This document shows, piece by piece, positions 31,441-42,013 of a DNA stretch of 64,000 nucleotides (its first letter is position 1; each line of letters opens with the position of its first letter). Below the pieces are notes generated by a model that saw nothing but the letters and a program-made list of their open reading frames with translations, made no database searches and was not told the origin of the DNA. The position numbers and the translations under genes are program-made. Origin of the DNA: an uncultured Gammaproteobacteria bacterium (GTDB lineage: Bacteria > Patescibacteriota > Microgenomatia > UBA10105 > UBA927); NCBI GenBank assembly GCA_964527425.1, contig CAZGOA010000005.1:15290-79289 (forward strand), read 5' to 3'.

Positions 31441-32364
31441 TTAATGTATTTCTCCAAACACCTCTGCCATCATACATCGCGCACTTCCTCCGCCTATACG
31501 TTCAATAGTAGGTACATCTACAGATACAATTTCACCATGTTGCTCTAGTTTGGATACTTGTGAAGGTGTAAAAGCACTGTATGCAGTTGTAGACATTACA
31601 ATAATGCGCTTATTCTCTATAGTCTTTAGTTGCAACACATTTCCACAATACTCATTCATTTGTTTCATGGTTATAGGAATAATTACTTTGCCAATTCTTT
31701 CTAATTCTTCTACAACTTCAGTACGCATATCAGTATCTTTTATAGATTCAAGACAAATAATGACAAATTGATCCCCTATATTCATCGTGACGTTAGTATG
31801 ATAAATTGGCACATTATTTGAGTCATATGCACGAAATAATATTCCCTTATACCCCATTTTTTTACACCAGGCCTCAAATTCTTTTTTTACTGTCCTTGGA
31901 GATTCCATCCCAAACGCGACTTTTCTTTTTCTATCCAATACGAGACTTCCTGTACCTTCTAAATATCTGCCTTCTTCTTCATGTGGGGATAAATCAATTA
32001 TTTTTGAAACCGGTAAACCTTCCTGAAAAAGTAACTGGCGTAATTCCTTAATTTGACGTTCTGCTCTTCTATTTTCCGCTAACATTGGATAGATAATAAG
32101 AGTCCCATCTTGATGATGAGAAAACCAGTTATTGGGGAAAATCGCATCCGGAGTTATTACATCACTTCGACTTGACAATACGATCACTTTTACTCCTTTT
32201 TCTTTTAACGTATTCACCATGTTTGAAAATTCAGTTTGTGCCTGAGTGTGTACATCAGCATTGGAATCTTCGTGCTGAAACGGATTACTCTGCGCCGTTT
32301 GAGAATTAAATCCAAAATATTCTGGAAATACCATTACAACTGTTTGGGTTAAATATTCCATCAC
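31441..32364 (-). CDS. Amidinotransferase-fold hydrolase (arginine deiminase/DDAH/CtlX-like)
   Basis: 307 aa. The C-terminal GGGSARCM catalytic-cysteine motif is typical of the guanidino-group-modifying enzyme superfamily. Confidence 0.6.
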   Translation of the reverse strand: MMEYLTQTVVMVFPEYFGFNSQTAQSNPFQHEDSNADVHTQAQTEFSNMVNTLKEKGVKVIVLSSRSDVITPDAIFPNNWFSHHQDGTLIIYPMLAENRRAERQIKELRQLLFQEGLPVSKIIDLSPHEEEGRYLEGTGSLVLDRKRKVAFGMESPRTVKKEFEAWCKKMGYKGILFRAYDSNNVPIYHTNVTMNIGDQFVIICLESIKDTDMRTEVVEELERIGKVIIPITMKQMNEYCGNVLQLKTIENKRIIVMSTTAYSAFTPSQVSKLEQHGEIVSVDVPTIERIGGGSARCMMAEVFGEIH

Positions 32365-32587
32365 AACATATTGTAGCGTGATTATATTATCTTGTCATAA
32401 CAGTTAAACGAGAATTTTTATAAGAAAGTCTTGCAGAGACATCTGTTATATACAAACTAAAACAAAGATACACAAACGGCTCATATGCAATTAAATGTTT
32501 TCCCCAATCATTATAACTTTAAGCGACAGATATAACGATATGAAACAATACACAACCAGACAACAAATAGTCTACTTTCGGTAAGTA

Positions 32588-33319
32588 ATGAATCCACTGC
32601 AATACATTTGGTTTGGCAGATTAATACAACATAATTTGCGTTTACACTCAAAAAAAGGTACACTTTCTGTATTCATTAATACGTTTTGCAACAAAGACTA
32701 CTTAAAGTCCCCTGTAAACGGTGAGTGCTCTATGAAAAAAATTCAAGATATTAAACAGGCGATGTCTAATCTTCCCGATAAAAAAAGATACGCAGAACTT
32801 TTAACTGCAGTATTAAGTATTCCTGTACTAATTACAGTATTGTTGCTAAATATTAATAATCTCCGTCCAAAGACACAAGAACCCTCCACTATAGCTACAC
32901 AATCAGGCATGTCTACTACTTCTTACCAATTACCCACACAGCAAAATTTATCTCCAAGCCAACAACAAACACCTACAATATCTCCACCACAAGCGTGTAT
33001 AAAAGAAGTAGGTCCAATAGACATTACTTCACCTGAAGAAGGAGAAGTAATAACACAAAATCCAGTATGTATAGATATTCAACGAAATAATCAAAACTAC
33101 TGTGAAGTAGCCTGGTCATATCGAATAAATAACGATCCATGGAGTGAATATATAGATAAAGCAATTTGCTTATACAATATGACTCCTGGCGAAAAGACAA
33201 TAGAAGTTAGAGTAAAAAGTATTGCAAGCTCAGATCAAACTATACTTAAGCGCACATTTACTATTCCAGCGTTACCCACACCAACGCAAATAGCCACATC
33301 TTCGTCTTCTATACAGTAG
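32588..33319 (+). CDS. Hypothetical membrane-anchored protein with a Ser/Thr/Pro/Gln-rich linker (start possibly at the internal MKKIQ, about 32736)
   Basis: One TM helix (LLTAVLSIPVLITVLLLNI) followed by a low-complexity PT-rich region and a Cys-containing C-terminal domain. Confidence 0.45.
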   Translation: MNPLQYIWFGRLIQHNLRLHSKKGTLSVFINTFCNKDYLKSPVNGECSMKKIQDIKQAMSNLPDKKRYAELLTAVLSIPVLITVLLLNINNLRPKTQEPSTIATQSGMSTTSYQLPTQQNLSPSQQQTPTISPPQACIKEVGPIDITSPEEGEVITQNPVCIDIQRNNQNYCEVAWSYRINNDPWSEYIDKAICLYNMTPGEKTIEVRVKSIASSDQTILKRTFTIPALPTPTQIATSSSSIQ

Positions 33320-33619
33320 AAATTTTACCATTGCCATACAGAATACTCGTATTTTTTCAAGAACGTTTCGTTTTTGAACGAGACACTAATTGTTTTGAAA
33401 ATCAATAGAGTAATAACTAAAGTCTAAATATTACTTCTGTAGATCCCTGTTGTTAGTACAGTTATTCAAGGATTTAATACCATAAACAATGGGTAAAATT
33501 AGTAACTTTTGATTATTGCGGTATTAATAAACCCTCTTGTTCGATTTCCATGTATGAATGCAACAACACGAAAAAAAATAAACCTCTAAATATCGGTTGA
33601 ACACCTTGATTGTTGCCTA

Positions 33620-33931
33620 TCAGGCACCAAAAAACAAAAACCGTAATGCTCTGAGAAACCAATGTGTTTTTTTGTTAGAACGTCCATTTGGTTTTGACCA
33701 CACTGTGAGTATAATCCATTCATTACTCTCATTTTTTTTTGCTACCACTTCGATAAGTTTCCCCTGAACAGTTTTATAATAAACCCATCCTCCTTTAGAC
33801 TGTGCGTAACGCGATTGATCGGCTTTTCTAAACGCCAGATATGCAACTTCCTGGGGTATGGACCGCTGATGTAGTCTTTCTAATGCATGATCCGTCCAGA
33901 TTATGCCTCCATAATTACGAGTTGTCTGCAT
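33620..33931 (-). CDS. DUF4258-like small protein (putative toxin-like RNase fold), overlapping the hflX 3' end
   Basis: 103 aa. IIWTDHALERLHQRSIPQEV resembles the DUF4258 N-terminal motif. Its start overlaps the hflX stop by 17 nt. Confidence 0.45.
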   Translation of the reverse strand: MQTTRNYGGIIWTDHALERLHQRSIPQEVAYLAFRKADQSRYAQSKGGWVYYKTVQGKLIEVVAKKNESNEWIILTVWSKPNGRSNKKTHWFLRALRFLFFGA

Positions 33932-35264
33932 AGTGTATTTTTTTCACTCTCCCTTGAGTTCCATCAGCTAATTCTACTTTAATACCATGTGGGTGAGAAT
34001 ATCCACGCGTTAATATTCGCGATATAGTTCCCTGCATTAGTTTCCCTTCTTTTTGATCTTGTTTTTTTACTACTGATACTGTTTGACCGATAGATAAGTT
34101 ATCTCGTGTAGGTATACCGCTCTTCTTTACTCTTTTAACTATTGTATCTCCTACCTTACCTTGTTGGTGCACAAGTGCTTCTATAGTCTCAATAAGCATA
34201 CTCACCCCTTCACCTGTTTTGGCAGAAATAAACACAAGTTTACTATATGGTAAACGACTCTGTATTTCTTCTTTCATTCGCTTTGTCATCGCATCAGCTT
34301 TATTTACAACAAGTAATTCAGACTTATCCTCAAGTTTTAGTTTTATGAGAATATCTTCAACTGTATGGAGCTGATCCATAACTGATGAAGAAGATCCATC
34401 TAGTACATGAATTATAATATCAGCATGTATTGATTCAAGAAGTGTTGATGTAAATGCATCAATCAGAGAAGGAGGTAAATTTTTTATAAATCCTATGGTG
34501 TCCGATATAAACATCTCTGATCGTAATGTAGGTAAATATATTTTCCCTACAGTCGCATCTAGTGTTGCAAATAAAACATTATCGGCAAATGTATCCTTCC
34601 GGGTTAATCGATTAAAAAGAGTTGTTTTGCCAGCATTTGTATAACCAACGATAGATGCGGTTAATAAACCAGTTTGTCTTCGATGCTCTATTTGCATTTC
34701 TCTTTGTCTTTGCAGTTTTAACAGTTTCTTTTTTACCTCAAGCATCGCATCTCTCCAATGACGCTTCATGAGCTCGACATTCGTTTCTCCAATGCCTCTG
34801 GTTCCAATTCCTCCTGCCTGTTGAGACAATACTTTCCCCATACCATATATTCTAGGTCCCATATGTCTCATGTTTGCTAGTTCTATCTGGAGCTTTGCTT
34901 CGGCGGTATGCGCATGTTTTAAAAAAATTTGCAGTATTAAATCCACTCTATCCCAAACTAAAATATCTCGTTTATATTTGGATAAAGTTTGCCAGAGCGA
35001 AAACAATTGCCGCTGTTTAGCAATACCATTCAACATAACAATATCAATATCCTGCTGTACAATAAACGATGCTACTTCCTGAGCCTTACCTGTACCAATA
35101 TATGCAGATTTAGCAGGATAACCTCTTTGATTTACCATATCAACAACTTTACTATCTCCTAAAGATTCGACTAAATAATACATCTCACTCGCGTCGTCTT
35201 TAGCTTGCTGTGTTGATAACGATGGAGGAAACAGATTTACTAGAACCACTCTTCTTTTATGCAT
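33915..35264 (-). CDS. hflX: GTPase HflX
   Basis: 449 aa. HflX N-domain, G1 motif GYTNAGKTTLFNRLT, G3 DTIGF, G4 NKAD. Confidence 0.88.
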   Translation of the reverse strand: MHKRRVVLVNLFPPSLSTQQAKDDASEMYYLVESLGDSKVVDMVNQRGYPAKSAYIGTGKAQEVASFIVQQDIDIVMLNGIAKQRQLFSLWQTLSKYKRDILVWDRVDLILQIFLKHAHTAEAKLQIELANMRHMGPRIYGMGKVLSQQAGGIGTRGIGETNVELMKRHWRDAMLEVKKKLLKLQRQREMQIEHRRQTGLLTASIVGYTNAGKTTLFNRLTRKDTFADNVLFATLDATVGKIYLPTLRSEMFISDTIGFIKNLPPSLIDAFTSTLLESIHADIIIHVLDGSSSSVMDQLHTVEDILIKLKLEDKSELLVVNKADAMTKRMKEEIQSRLPYSKLVFISAKTGEGVSMLIETIEALVHQQGKVGDTIVKRVKKSGIPTRDNLSIGQTVSVVKKQDQKEGKLMQGTISRILTRGYSHPHGIKVELADGTQGRVKKIHYADNS

Positions 35265-35378
35265 GAAGCAATGATACGAAGGAAATTACAAAACTGCAAA
35301 CAGAATGGTTAGACAGATGTAAGACTGATGTCTTTTTATCGTCAAGTGGATATGTACTAAACAATTTAATCTTACTGC

Positions 35379-36455
35379 ATGGTACAAAATGAAATAAGAT
35401 TAAACACACGTATGCCTGATCGTTTATCCTATACGATACTTGATAGGATGAAATCTTACATCCCAACAATTACTGAACAAGCAGCGCTAGCTGTTTTTAA
35501 AGAATTAAATAACTATCCCTCTGTATCAGCAGATACTATAGAAGAAATAAAAATTCTGTTAGACGATCGTGCCTCAAAAATCATGTCAGAGATGTTACAT
35601 ATCACTCCATTTTATACACATATTCTCTCTGGTGAGGGACAAAAAGAAAAACACTATACAGGATCAGCAGCACCTCTGGTAGAAAACGGTTATTATGGAA
35701 ATCCTCATAATTATCCCTTAGAAGGTATAAATGACCCTCTTGAAGGTACCGTACTTGCAGCAACCCATAAACCTGGTGCCTGTTCAATTATTGCTGTAGT
35801 ACCCAAATCCTATGTACACCCTTATCAAATACGACCAACTCCAATCGATACACACTATATGGTTAAATTTGTAGGGCCACCTCAAGCAAACGGTGTAGTG
35901 GATTTATCAAAACCACACGAAGAAAATCTTAAAAATCTTATAGATGCTTTACAAATTCAACCAAAAAACCTTATACAAGTATCACTTGATCCAGCCAAAA
36001 AAGGACGAGAGATAAACATCCCATTTGTTGAAGCAGCAAAAAAACTCGGAGTAACCACAGAGTTAATTCAAGCTGGTGATTGTGTGCCTGGTATGCTAGC
36101 CGCTTCATTAACATCAAATGATACATACATTATTGTAGTAGGCCGAGGAGGTTATGAAGAAGGTATAAAAACAGCTGCAGCAGTAAAGGCGTTAGGGGGA
36201 TTTATGCAAGCCTATGATTATCAGCCACATTCTAATCAATCATCTCATCAACTTTTATCGATTAATGATTTAGTACCATCTTCGAAAGAACATATTTTAG
36301 TGAGTGTTTCTTGCATTACTAACGACCCATGGTTTAATCAACCTGGGATAACCCAAAAATCACCATCACTTTTTACAATCTCTAGCATTCTAATAACGCA
36401 TAAAGGTGTACATTCACTGCAAAGAAATATTCGTCCCTATACTCTTGGGATCTAA
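35379..36455 (+). CDS. glpX: Fructose-1,6-bisphosphatase class II (GlpX)
   Basis: 358 aa. DPLEGT metal-binding motif and C-terminal GRGGYEEGIKTAAAVKALGG, which matches the GlpX GG..EGV.aAaA.+.lGG motif. The N-terminal start is uncertain. Confidence 0.6.
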   Translation: MVQNEIRLNTRMPDRLSYTILDRMKSYIPTITEQAALAVFKELNNYPSVSADTIEEIKILLDDRASKIMSEMLHITPFYTHILSGEGQKEKHYTGSAAPLVENGYYGNPHNYPLEGINDPLEGTVLAATHKPGACSIIAVVPKSYVHPYQIRPTPIDTHYMVKFVGPPQANGVVDLSKPHEENLKNLIDALQIQPKNLIQVSLDPAKKGREINIPFVEAAKKLGVTTELIQAGDCVPGMLAASLTSNDTYIIVVGRGGYEEGIKTAAAVKALGGFMQAYDYQPHSNQSSHQLLSINDLVPSSKEHILVSVSCITNDPWFNQPGITQKSPSLFTISSILITHKGVHSLQRNIRPYTLGI

Positions 36456-36489
36456 CCAAAAATCTTCATTCATGGTATTCTAAGCGTCT

Positions 36490-37623
36490 GTGAAGTCGTA
36501 TCAATTTTCTGCTCTCATTTTTATTCTCTTTTTTACGATCAGTTTCACCTTAACAGGACTATTTCTTACACACAAAAAATCAGATTCATTAAGTCCATTA
36601 TCAAATACTCAACTTATTACACCTACTCCTACACCAACTCCTGACCCGTTACGTCCCAAAAACGTACTTATTATGGGTTATGGAGGAGGAAATCATGATG
36701 GCGGATCTTTAACTGATACGATAATAGTCGCTCACATAAGACCCCGTGATCAAAAAGCTTTCCTTATTAGCATCCCACGAGACTTATGGGTGTCTTTACC
36801 AGTAAGTACTGACGCTATTGAATCACATAAAATTAATGCAGCGTATGCAATCGGTGTTGATCATCGTAACTATCCGAATAAGCGGGAAGATTTTATGGGG
36901 AAAGATGGAGGAAGATTACTAGCAAGCTACGCGGTTAATCAAGTAACTGGTTTATCAATAGATCATGCTGTTTCAATAAGTTTTTCAGGCTTTTTAAAAG
37001 CAATTACTTTACTCGAACCACTTGTTGTAGAAGTCCCCCAATCATTCACTGATCCATACTACCCAATTGCCGGAAAGGAAACCGATACCTGTGAAAAAAC
37101 AGAAGAAGATATTAAAAATATTACAGCGACAATGTCTGGGTTTTTATTAGAAAAAGAGTTTAGCTGTCGATATGAATCCATAAGTTATACAAAAGGAAAT
37201 CAAACAATGACTGCACAAGAAGCCCTTAAGTTTGTCCGTTCCAGACATTCCGGAATTGATGGCGGAGATTTTAACCGCTCTCGAAGACAAGCTGCCCTAC
37301 TTAATGCCATAAAAAAGAAACTGTCAAATCCAACTATTGTTCCAAAACTTATTCCTTTAGCAACAACAGTATTATCATCTATAGATACAGACATATCTAT
37401 CACGACAATTCCAGAACTTTTACAACTCTATAGTAATTATCAGTCTTTTGAAATTTCGACGATCAATCTTACGACTGATAATGTACTGATAGAACGATTA
37501 GGTCCACAAAACCAATACATACTAACTCCAAAAGAAGGAAATTCTAATTTCGCACCTGTACACCAGTATATTGAATCAGAAATTCTATCAAACGTAGCCA
37601 GTAGTTCTGGAAGTTTTCAATAA
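36490..37623 (+). CDS. LytR-CpsA-Psr (LCP) family cell-envelope polymer phosphotransferase
   Basis: 377 aa. N-terminal TM anchor and LCP core (NVLIMGYGGGNHDGGSLTDTIIVAHI...ISIPRDLWV). Confidence 0.8.
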   Translation: MKSYQFSALIFILFFTISFTLTGLFLTHKKSDSLSPLSNTQLITPTPTPTPDPLRPKNVLIMGYGGGNHDGGSLTDTIIVAHIRPRDQKAFLISIPRDLWVSLPVSTDAIESHKINAAYAIGVDHRNYPNKREDFMGKDGGRLLASYAVNQVTGLSIDHAVSISFSGFLKAITLLEPLVVEVPQSFTDPYYPIAGKETDTCEKTEEDIKNITATMSGFLLEKEFSCRYESISYTKGNQTMTAQEALKFVRSRHSGIDGGDFNRSRRQAALLNAIKKKLSNPTIVPKLIPLATTVLSSIDTDISITTIPELLQLYSNYQSFEISTINLTTDNVLIERLGPQNQYILTPKEGNSNFAPVHQYIESEILSNVASSSGSFQ

Positions 37624-37738
37624 CAATATTTAAATACATCATTTCATATTTGTCTTCGATGTTATTTGGTGAGTAAGGTCATCATTATTAAGCTGTCCTT
37701 ATAAACAAATAATACTTCTGGATAAAAAGGGCACCAAG

Positions 37739-38248
37739 ATGTATACTATAAGACTTATGTTTCCACCACATGAATTTGAGCCAAGATCTAAACGAGATCC
37801 AATTACTGAAAGTACCTTACTCTTAGACATACTGTTCAATCCAAGTATACATAATTTTCAAATAAAAGTATTACAGGGATTGGTAAGTGATACTATGACA
37901 ATTGCTGGTGTCGCATGTTTGTATCCAAATCAGGTTTCAGGTGTTCTTAATGACTTAAGAGTTTATACAACAAATGATCATATCAGAGATTTTGAAACTA
38001 TAATAAGGCGGATTATTACTGATTTAAAAGATTTACCCACTACACGCAATATGCAAATGATTGATGTAAGACAATGTAAAACCCCAACACCTCTTGGTCT
38101 TATTGCACTATTTTACTCACATATAGAAGAAGCTCCCATTCCTATCCCTACATGCATACTCTATTCAGACAATAGGTGTCAGCCATTAGATGTATTAAGA
38201 CAAATTACACCACAGCTTAAAGACGCATTATCTACAAAAATAAACTAA
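37739..38248 (+). CDS. Hypothetical protein
   Basis: 169 aa with no recognisable domain. Confidence 0.4.
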   Translation: MYTIRLMFPPHEFEPRSKRDPITESTLLLDILFNPSIHNFQIKVLQGLVSDTMTIAGVACLYPNQVSGVLNDLRVYTTNDHIRDFETIIRRIITDLKDLPTTRNMQMIDVRQCKTPTPLGLIALFYSHIEEAPIPIPTCILYSDNRCQPLDVLRQITPQLKDALSTKIN

Positions 38249-38251
38249 TCA

Positions 38252-39892
38252 TTACCAGCTTCCTCCACCACCTCCTCCACCTCCTCCTCCAGAAAATCCG
38301 CCAGAAAATCCAGAGGAATGACCTGTTGATGATGAAGTTGTACTCATGCGAGACTCTACAGAACGAAAAGAAGATTTAAAACTATTCACAAACACGAGTG
38401 TATTAAATGGTTCGTTACCCTTATACCAATCAGGTTGAGGAACTTGTACTTCTTTAAATCGCTCAGCCCAAATTTTTTCTACCCCTAATGCAGAAGCATA
38501 TGGTAATAATTTTTCGAATAAAAACAATTCTTTTGCTTGAAAGGTTAGCTGATGTTCCTGACTGACTAAAAACTGCTTAAGAGCTTCTCCCATAGACTTC
38601 ATGTCTACCCCTAATTGAGTTCGTTGCGGCATGTTTTTTCCAAAAATTAAGCTACTGATAAATAGAAGCATGTTACCTGTAACTAAACCAATTATCGATA
38701 GCCCAACGTATAAATTCCTTTGCAATTCAGGATTCTTAACGAACAATCCCTGTAATACACTTTCATTCGCAATATCTTTTTTTATCGTTTGGTATGTTTG
38801 AAACAAATTTAGCGATTTTGATGAAACACTATCCTTATCCTTAAACAATTCCTCATACAATAGTTTTTCATGTGCTACCAATGAAGCTTTCTGTTTTTGT
38901 GATTTACTCAATGTAAATTGATTGTTTTGTTCTTTCGTAATTGATACATACCCTTTATGAGCCAAATCAATAATTGTTGCAACTATTGCTTTAGGCTCTA
39001 CATGTTCCCGCAGTAAGAAGCCTAATTCTGCTGGTGTCATTGGTCTTTTATTAGGATACGTTGGTACGCTAAACGAAACATGAGCTTGACCTACAATACT
39101 TCTTGGGTCGCGGCCAAGTCTCCACCAGCGAATACCAATCCATAAAGGAAGTATAATATACCAAGCAAACGCTGCGAAAAAGATTCCGATTAATACGAGC
39201 GGATTGTCAAAAATACTAGTAACTAGTACAGGTTCAACAAGAGCAACGATTCCTCTAGGAAATCCAAAAACTAGTGTTAATCCTTCTTGCGCGGAAAACA
39301 TCGATGCAGAAACTGTCATTGTTTGAAGATCGATGGTACAGTCTTGAGCGTCACTCCCTTTCAATCCTGTAAAGCATGTAAGTTGTGTTGCCGATGGATT
39401 AATTTCCTCAGGAAATTGTAAAGTCGCTCGCACACGGTTTATTGGGATATTCCATTCATTTCCAGTCACATTCCAATATAATTCATCGTGATCAGAAAAA
39501 TAAGTCAAAGCCCCTCTGACAGTATAAGAAATTACATATTCTTGAATTCCAGTTATCGTTTTATCAGGATCTCCAATTTTTAGTTCTATTTGACTGCGCG
39601 ATCGGTTAGTAGCAAAAGGATAAGCAATATTCTCTTTTGTTACCTTTATTTGATCAAACGACATTTTATATTGCTTGCCTTCAGCATTAGTTTTAATAGT
39701 AGGAATAGTACGGAAAATGCCATGACGATAGTCTGTTCCAAAATTGTATTGAATTCTCTCTGTAACATGCACACTTCCATCAGCATCTATGACATATTGA
39801 ACATCAAAAAACTGAATTTCTTCTGCATAAAGCAATCTTCCGGGTATAAAAATAAGTACTAATAAAAATAGATAAGCAATAATGCGTTTCAC
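38252..39892 (-). CDS. DUF2207 family membrane protein with a C-terminal poly-Gly tail
   Basis: 546 aa. Signal/TM segment, an extracellular beta-rich N-domain, internal TM helices, and a C-terminus GFSGGFSGGGGGGGGGGSW that is typical of DUF2207. Confidence 0.65.
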   Translation of the reverse strand: MKRIIAYLFLLVLIFIPGRLLYAEEIQFFDVQYVIDADGSVHVTERIQYNFGTDYRHGIFRTIPTIKTNAEGKQYKMSFDQIKVTKENIAYPFATNRSRSQIELKIGDPDKTITGIQEYVISYTVRGALTYFSDHDELYWNVTGNEWNIPINRVRATLQFPEEINPSATQLTCFTGLKGSDAQDCTIDLQTMTVSASMFSAQEGLTLVFGFPRGIVALVEPVLVTSIFDNPLVLIGIFFAAFAWYIILPLWIGIRWWRLGRDPRSIVGQAHVSFSVPTYPNKRPMTPAELGFLLREHVEPKAIVATIIDLAHKGYVSITKEQNNQFTLSKSQKQKASLVAHEKLLYEELFKDKDSVSSKSLNLFQTYQTIKKDIANESVLQGLFVKNPELQRNLYVGLSIIGLVTGNMLLFISSLIFGKNMPQRTQLGVDMKSMGEALKQFLVSQEHQLTFQAKELFLFEKLLPYASALGVEKIWAERFKEVQVPQPDWYKGNEPFNTLVFVNSFKSSFRSVESRMSTTSSSTGHSSGFSGGFSGGGGGGGGGGSW

Positions 39893-39984
39893 TATCCCAT
39901 TATCTACCTTCTTTTCCTCAGCTGCAAATAAATAAACATGAGCTGAACTTTGTATTTTTTATTATTTTATTCCATACTTACACT

Positions 39985-40500
39985 ATGAAGAGAAATATTT
40001 TAGTATTGCTATTTATCCTATTCATAATCGTAATATTTAGTTTTACCAAACAACGAATTTTCTATGTAGAAACTATAGAAACAAATTTACAACCTGAAGC
40101 TCTTTGGAACTTAGTAACAGTCAGTATCGAAAATTCAAAATCAACAGAACTTTGGCCGAATGAATACGAAGATGTTCAATCCACGCAGATGAAACCAGGA
40201 AATACTATTTATACTGTTTATAAAACACCCTTTGGAAATTTTCCACAAACATATACTATTAGCGATATCCGATTTGGTATTATCGAATATCAAAGTGGAC
40301 CAAAACATTCACTCAAAGGAAAAGGAATTATCTCGGTTATACCAAGAAAAGAAGGTTCGGCTCTTTCATGGTCAGTCGATTACAGTTTCAGCACACTTAA
40401 TCCAGCAGGCTGGTATGCAAAATTGATATTTGTCCCATCTTTTTTTTCCTCCTTAAAAGCAAATCTCTCAAAAATAAACCAACAAGAAAGTACACGTTAA
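39985..40500 (+). CDS. SRPBCC (START/Bet v1-like) domain protein with N-terminal membrane anchor
   Basis: 171 aa. TM segment LVLLFILFIIVIFSF followed by a polyketide-cyclase/SRPBCC-like fold pattern. Confidence 0.45.
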   Translation: MKRNILVLLFILFIIVIFSFTKQRIFYVETIETNLQPEALWNLVTVSIENSKSTELWPNEYEDVQSTQMKPGNTIYTVYKTPFGNFPQTYTISDIRFGIIEYQSGPKHSLKGKGIISVIPRKEGSALSWSVDYSFSTLNPAGWYAKLIFVPSFFSSLKANLSKINQQESTR

Positions 40501-41582
40501 TAGCATAAAGAAGACACATCACCAAAATATACGAGGTGAGATGTAGTAATAGAACATAAAGAAGCTTCCCGTTTAAATGGAAGAATTGTTTGAGATTGCA
40601 GCAACGATTTTAGCAAACCTCCTTCTAGTTCTTCTCGAATTACATTTATGGTACTGGGATTCACACCAATTTGTTGTGCTAACCACTCATAGGCTGATTC
40701 CCTGCTTCCTACTTCATTTGCTAAGTTTCTTTCAACAGATGTATTGGCGTCATACACCATAGCTCCAAGCACATCTTTAATATAACTTTTTTCAATTGAC
40801 CGCTTGTTACTAACAAACTCGACAAACGTTTCATATTCCCTATTCACCATCGTTTGCAAACTGGATAATTCATCAGGGGTTAATCGTCTATAGGGATTGC
40901 CTAAATCCTTAGATGTACCTGCTGTTATATACGTTGTTTCTATTCCATTTTCTGTAACAACACCGCCCACTAATGCCCCACCGCTTTCACTTAACACCGT
41001 ATCAAAATATTGGAACGGACCAGCTATCACGCCGATACTTCCAAGATTAGTACCCATATCGGCAATAATATAGTCAGATGAAGCAGCTGCCCAATATCCG
41101 CCTGATGCAGCAAGTCCTGAAACAAAAGCTACTACAGGTTTATCGGTTGTAGCTTTATAATATTCAATACCATCTGCAATGGCGTTTGCACCATAAATAG
41201 TTCCACCAGGAGAATTAATCTCTAGTACTATTCCTTTTATAGATTCATCTTCACTTAACTGATACAACGTATTTTTTACATCATAACCATATGTCACCTG
41301 TTCACTGACAAATCCAAATGGATCAGAAATATCTGTTTGATCTCCAACAATAACACCAGTAATAGGCAGGGATACAAATGTATTCGTGGCATCTTCACTT
41401 CCATAAACAATGCTATGAGTTTGTGATTCATTAGATAAAGAAGAAACAAGAAAGACTAACCCTAAAATCATAATGAAGAAAAGCAATAATAGTGTACCAA
41501 CACTTGTTGTAATAGCCACAAAAAAAAGCAGGGATACTTTTATTAAGCGTTTAAAAAATGGTTCTTTAATTTCTGAGTTCAT
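40497..41582 (-). CDS. sppA: Signal peptide peptidase SppA (S49 family, 36K type)
   Basis: 361 aa. N-terminal TM segment and S49 core (KPVVAFVSGLAASGGYWAAASSDYIIADMGTNLGSIGV). Confidence 0.82.
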   Translation of the reverse strand: MNSEIKEPFFKRLIKVSLLFFVAITTSVGTLLLLFFIMILGLVFLVSSLSNESQTHSIVYGSEDATNTFVSLPITGVIVGDQTDISDPFGFVSEQVTYGYDVKNTLYQLSEDESIKGIVLEINSPGGTIYGANAIADGIEYYKATTDKPVVAFVSGLAASGGYWAAASSDYIIADMGTNLGSIGVIAGPFQYFDTVLSESGGALVGGVVTENGIETTYITAGTSKDLGNPYRRLTPDELSSLQTMVNREYETFVEFVSNKRSIEKSYIKDVLGAMVYDANTSVERNLANEVGSRESAYEWLAQQIGVNPSTINVIREELEGGLLKSLLQSQTILPFKREASLCSITTSHLVYFGDVSSLCY

Positions 41583-41586
41583 ATAC

Positions 41587-41946
41587 TTATATTAGTTCAC
41601 CCTCTAAAACCTCCCTCTCAATATTATTCTTTAACAGACGCAAATTACGTACATTTGCTCTATAAAATAAATCTCCAAAAAACCCAATAAATGGTATTAA
41701 ACCTAATATATAATCGATAGAAATATTTATAAGCATTTGAAATAAGATAAATAATGAAACCTTCAATCTCCAGGCAATCCACAATATATAGAGCGACATG
41801 ACTCCTCCAATAAATGGCCCTACTACAGGAAGAAAGTCTAAAAATGGATCTATTCCAATTTTAACTCCTAAAATAGTGAACTTAGTATCGAGAAAATGAG
41901 TAATGTATTCAGCGTATCGCAAATGGTCTCTGGCTGAAAACTTCAT
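41587..41946 (-). CDS. DUF4112 family membrane protein
   Basis: 119 aa. LDTKFTILGVKIGIDPFLDFLPVVGPFIGGVMSLYILWIAWRL...INISIDYILGLIPFIGFFGDLFYRANVRN matches the DUF4112 signature. Confidence 0.7.
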   Translation of the reverse strand: MKFSARDHLRYAEYITHFLDTKFTILGVKIGIDPFLDFLPVVGPFIGGVMSLYILWIAWRLKVSLFILFQMLINISIDYILGLIPFIGFFGDLFYRANVRNLRLLKNNIEREVLEGELI

Positions 41947-42013
41947 ATATCTACTCTACCATAAACCTGATTGTTATTTTCAAAGAACAGTTTAACTTCA
42001 AGTCTATAGTATA

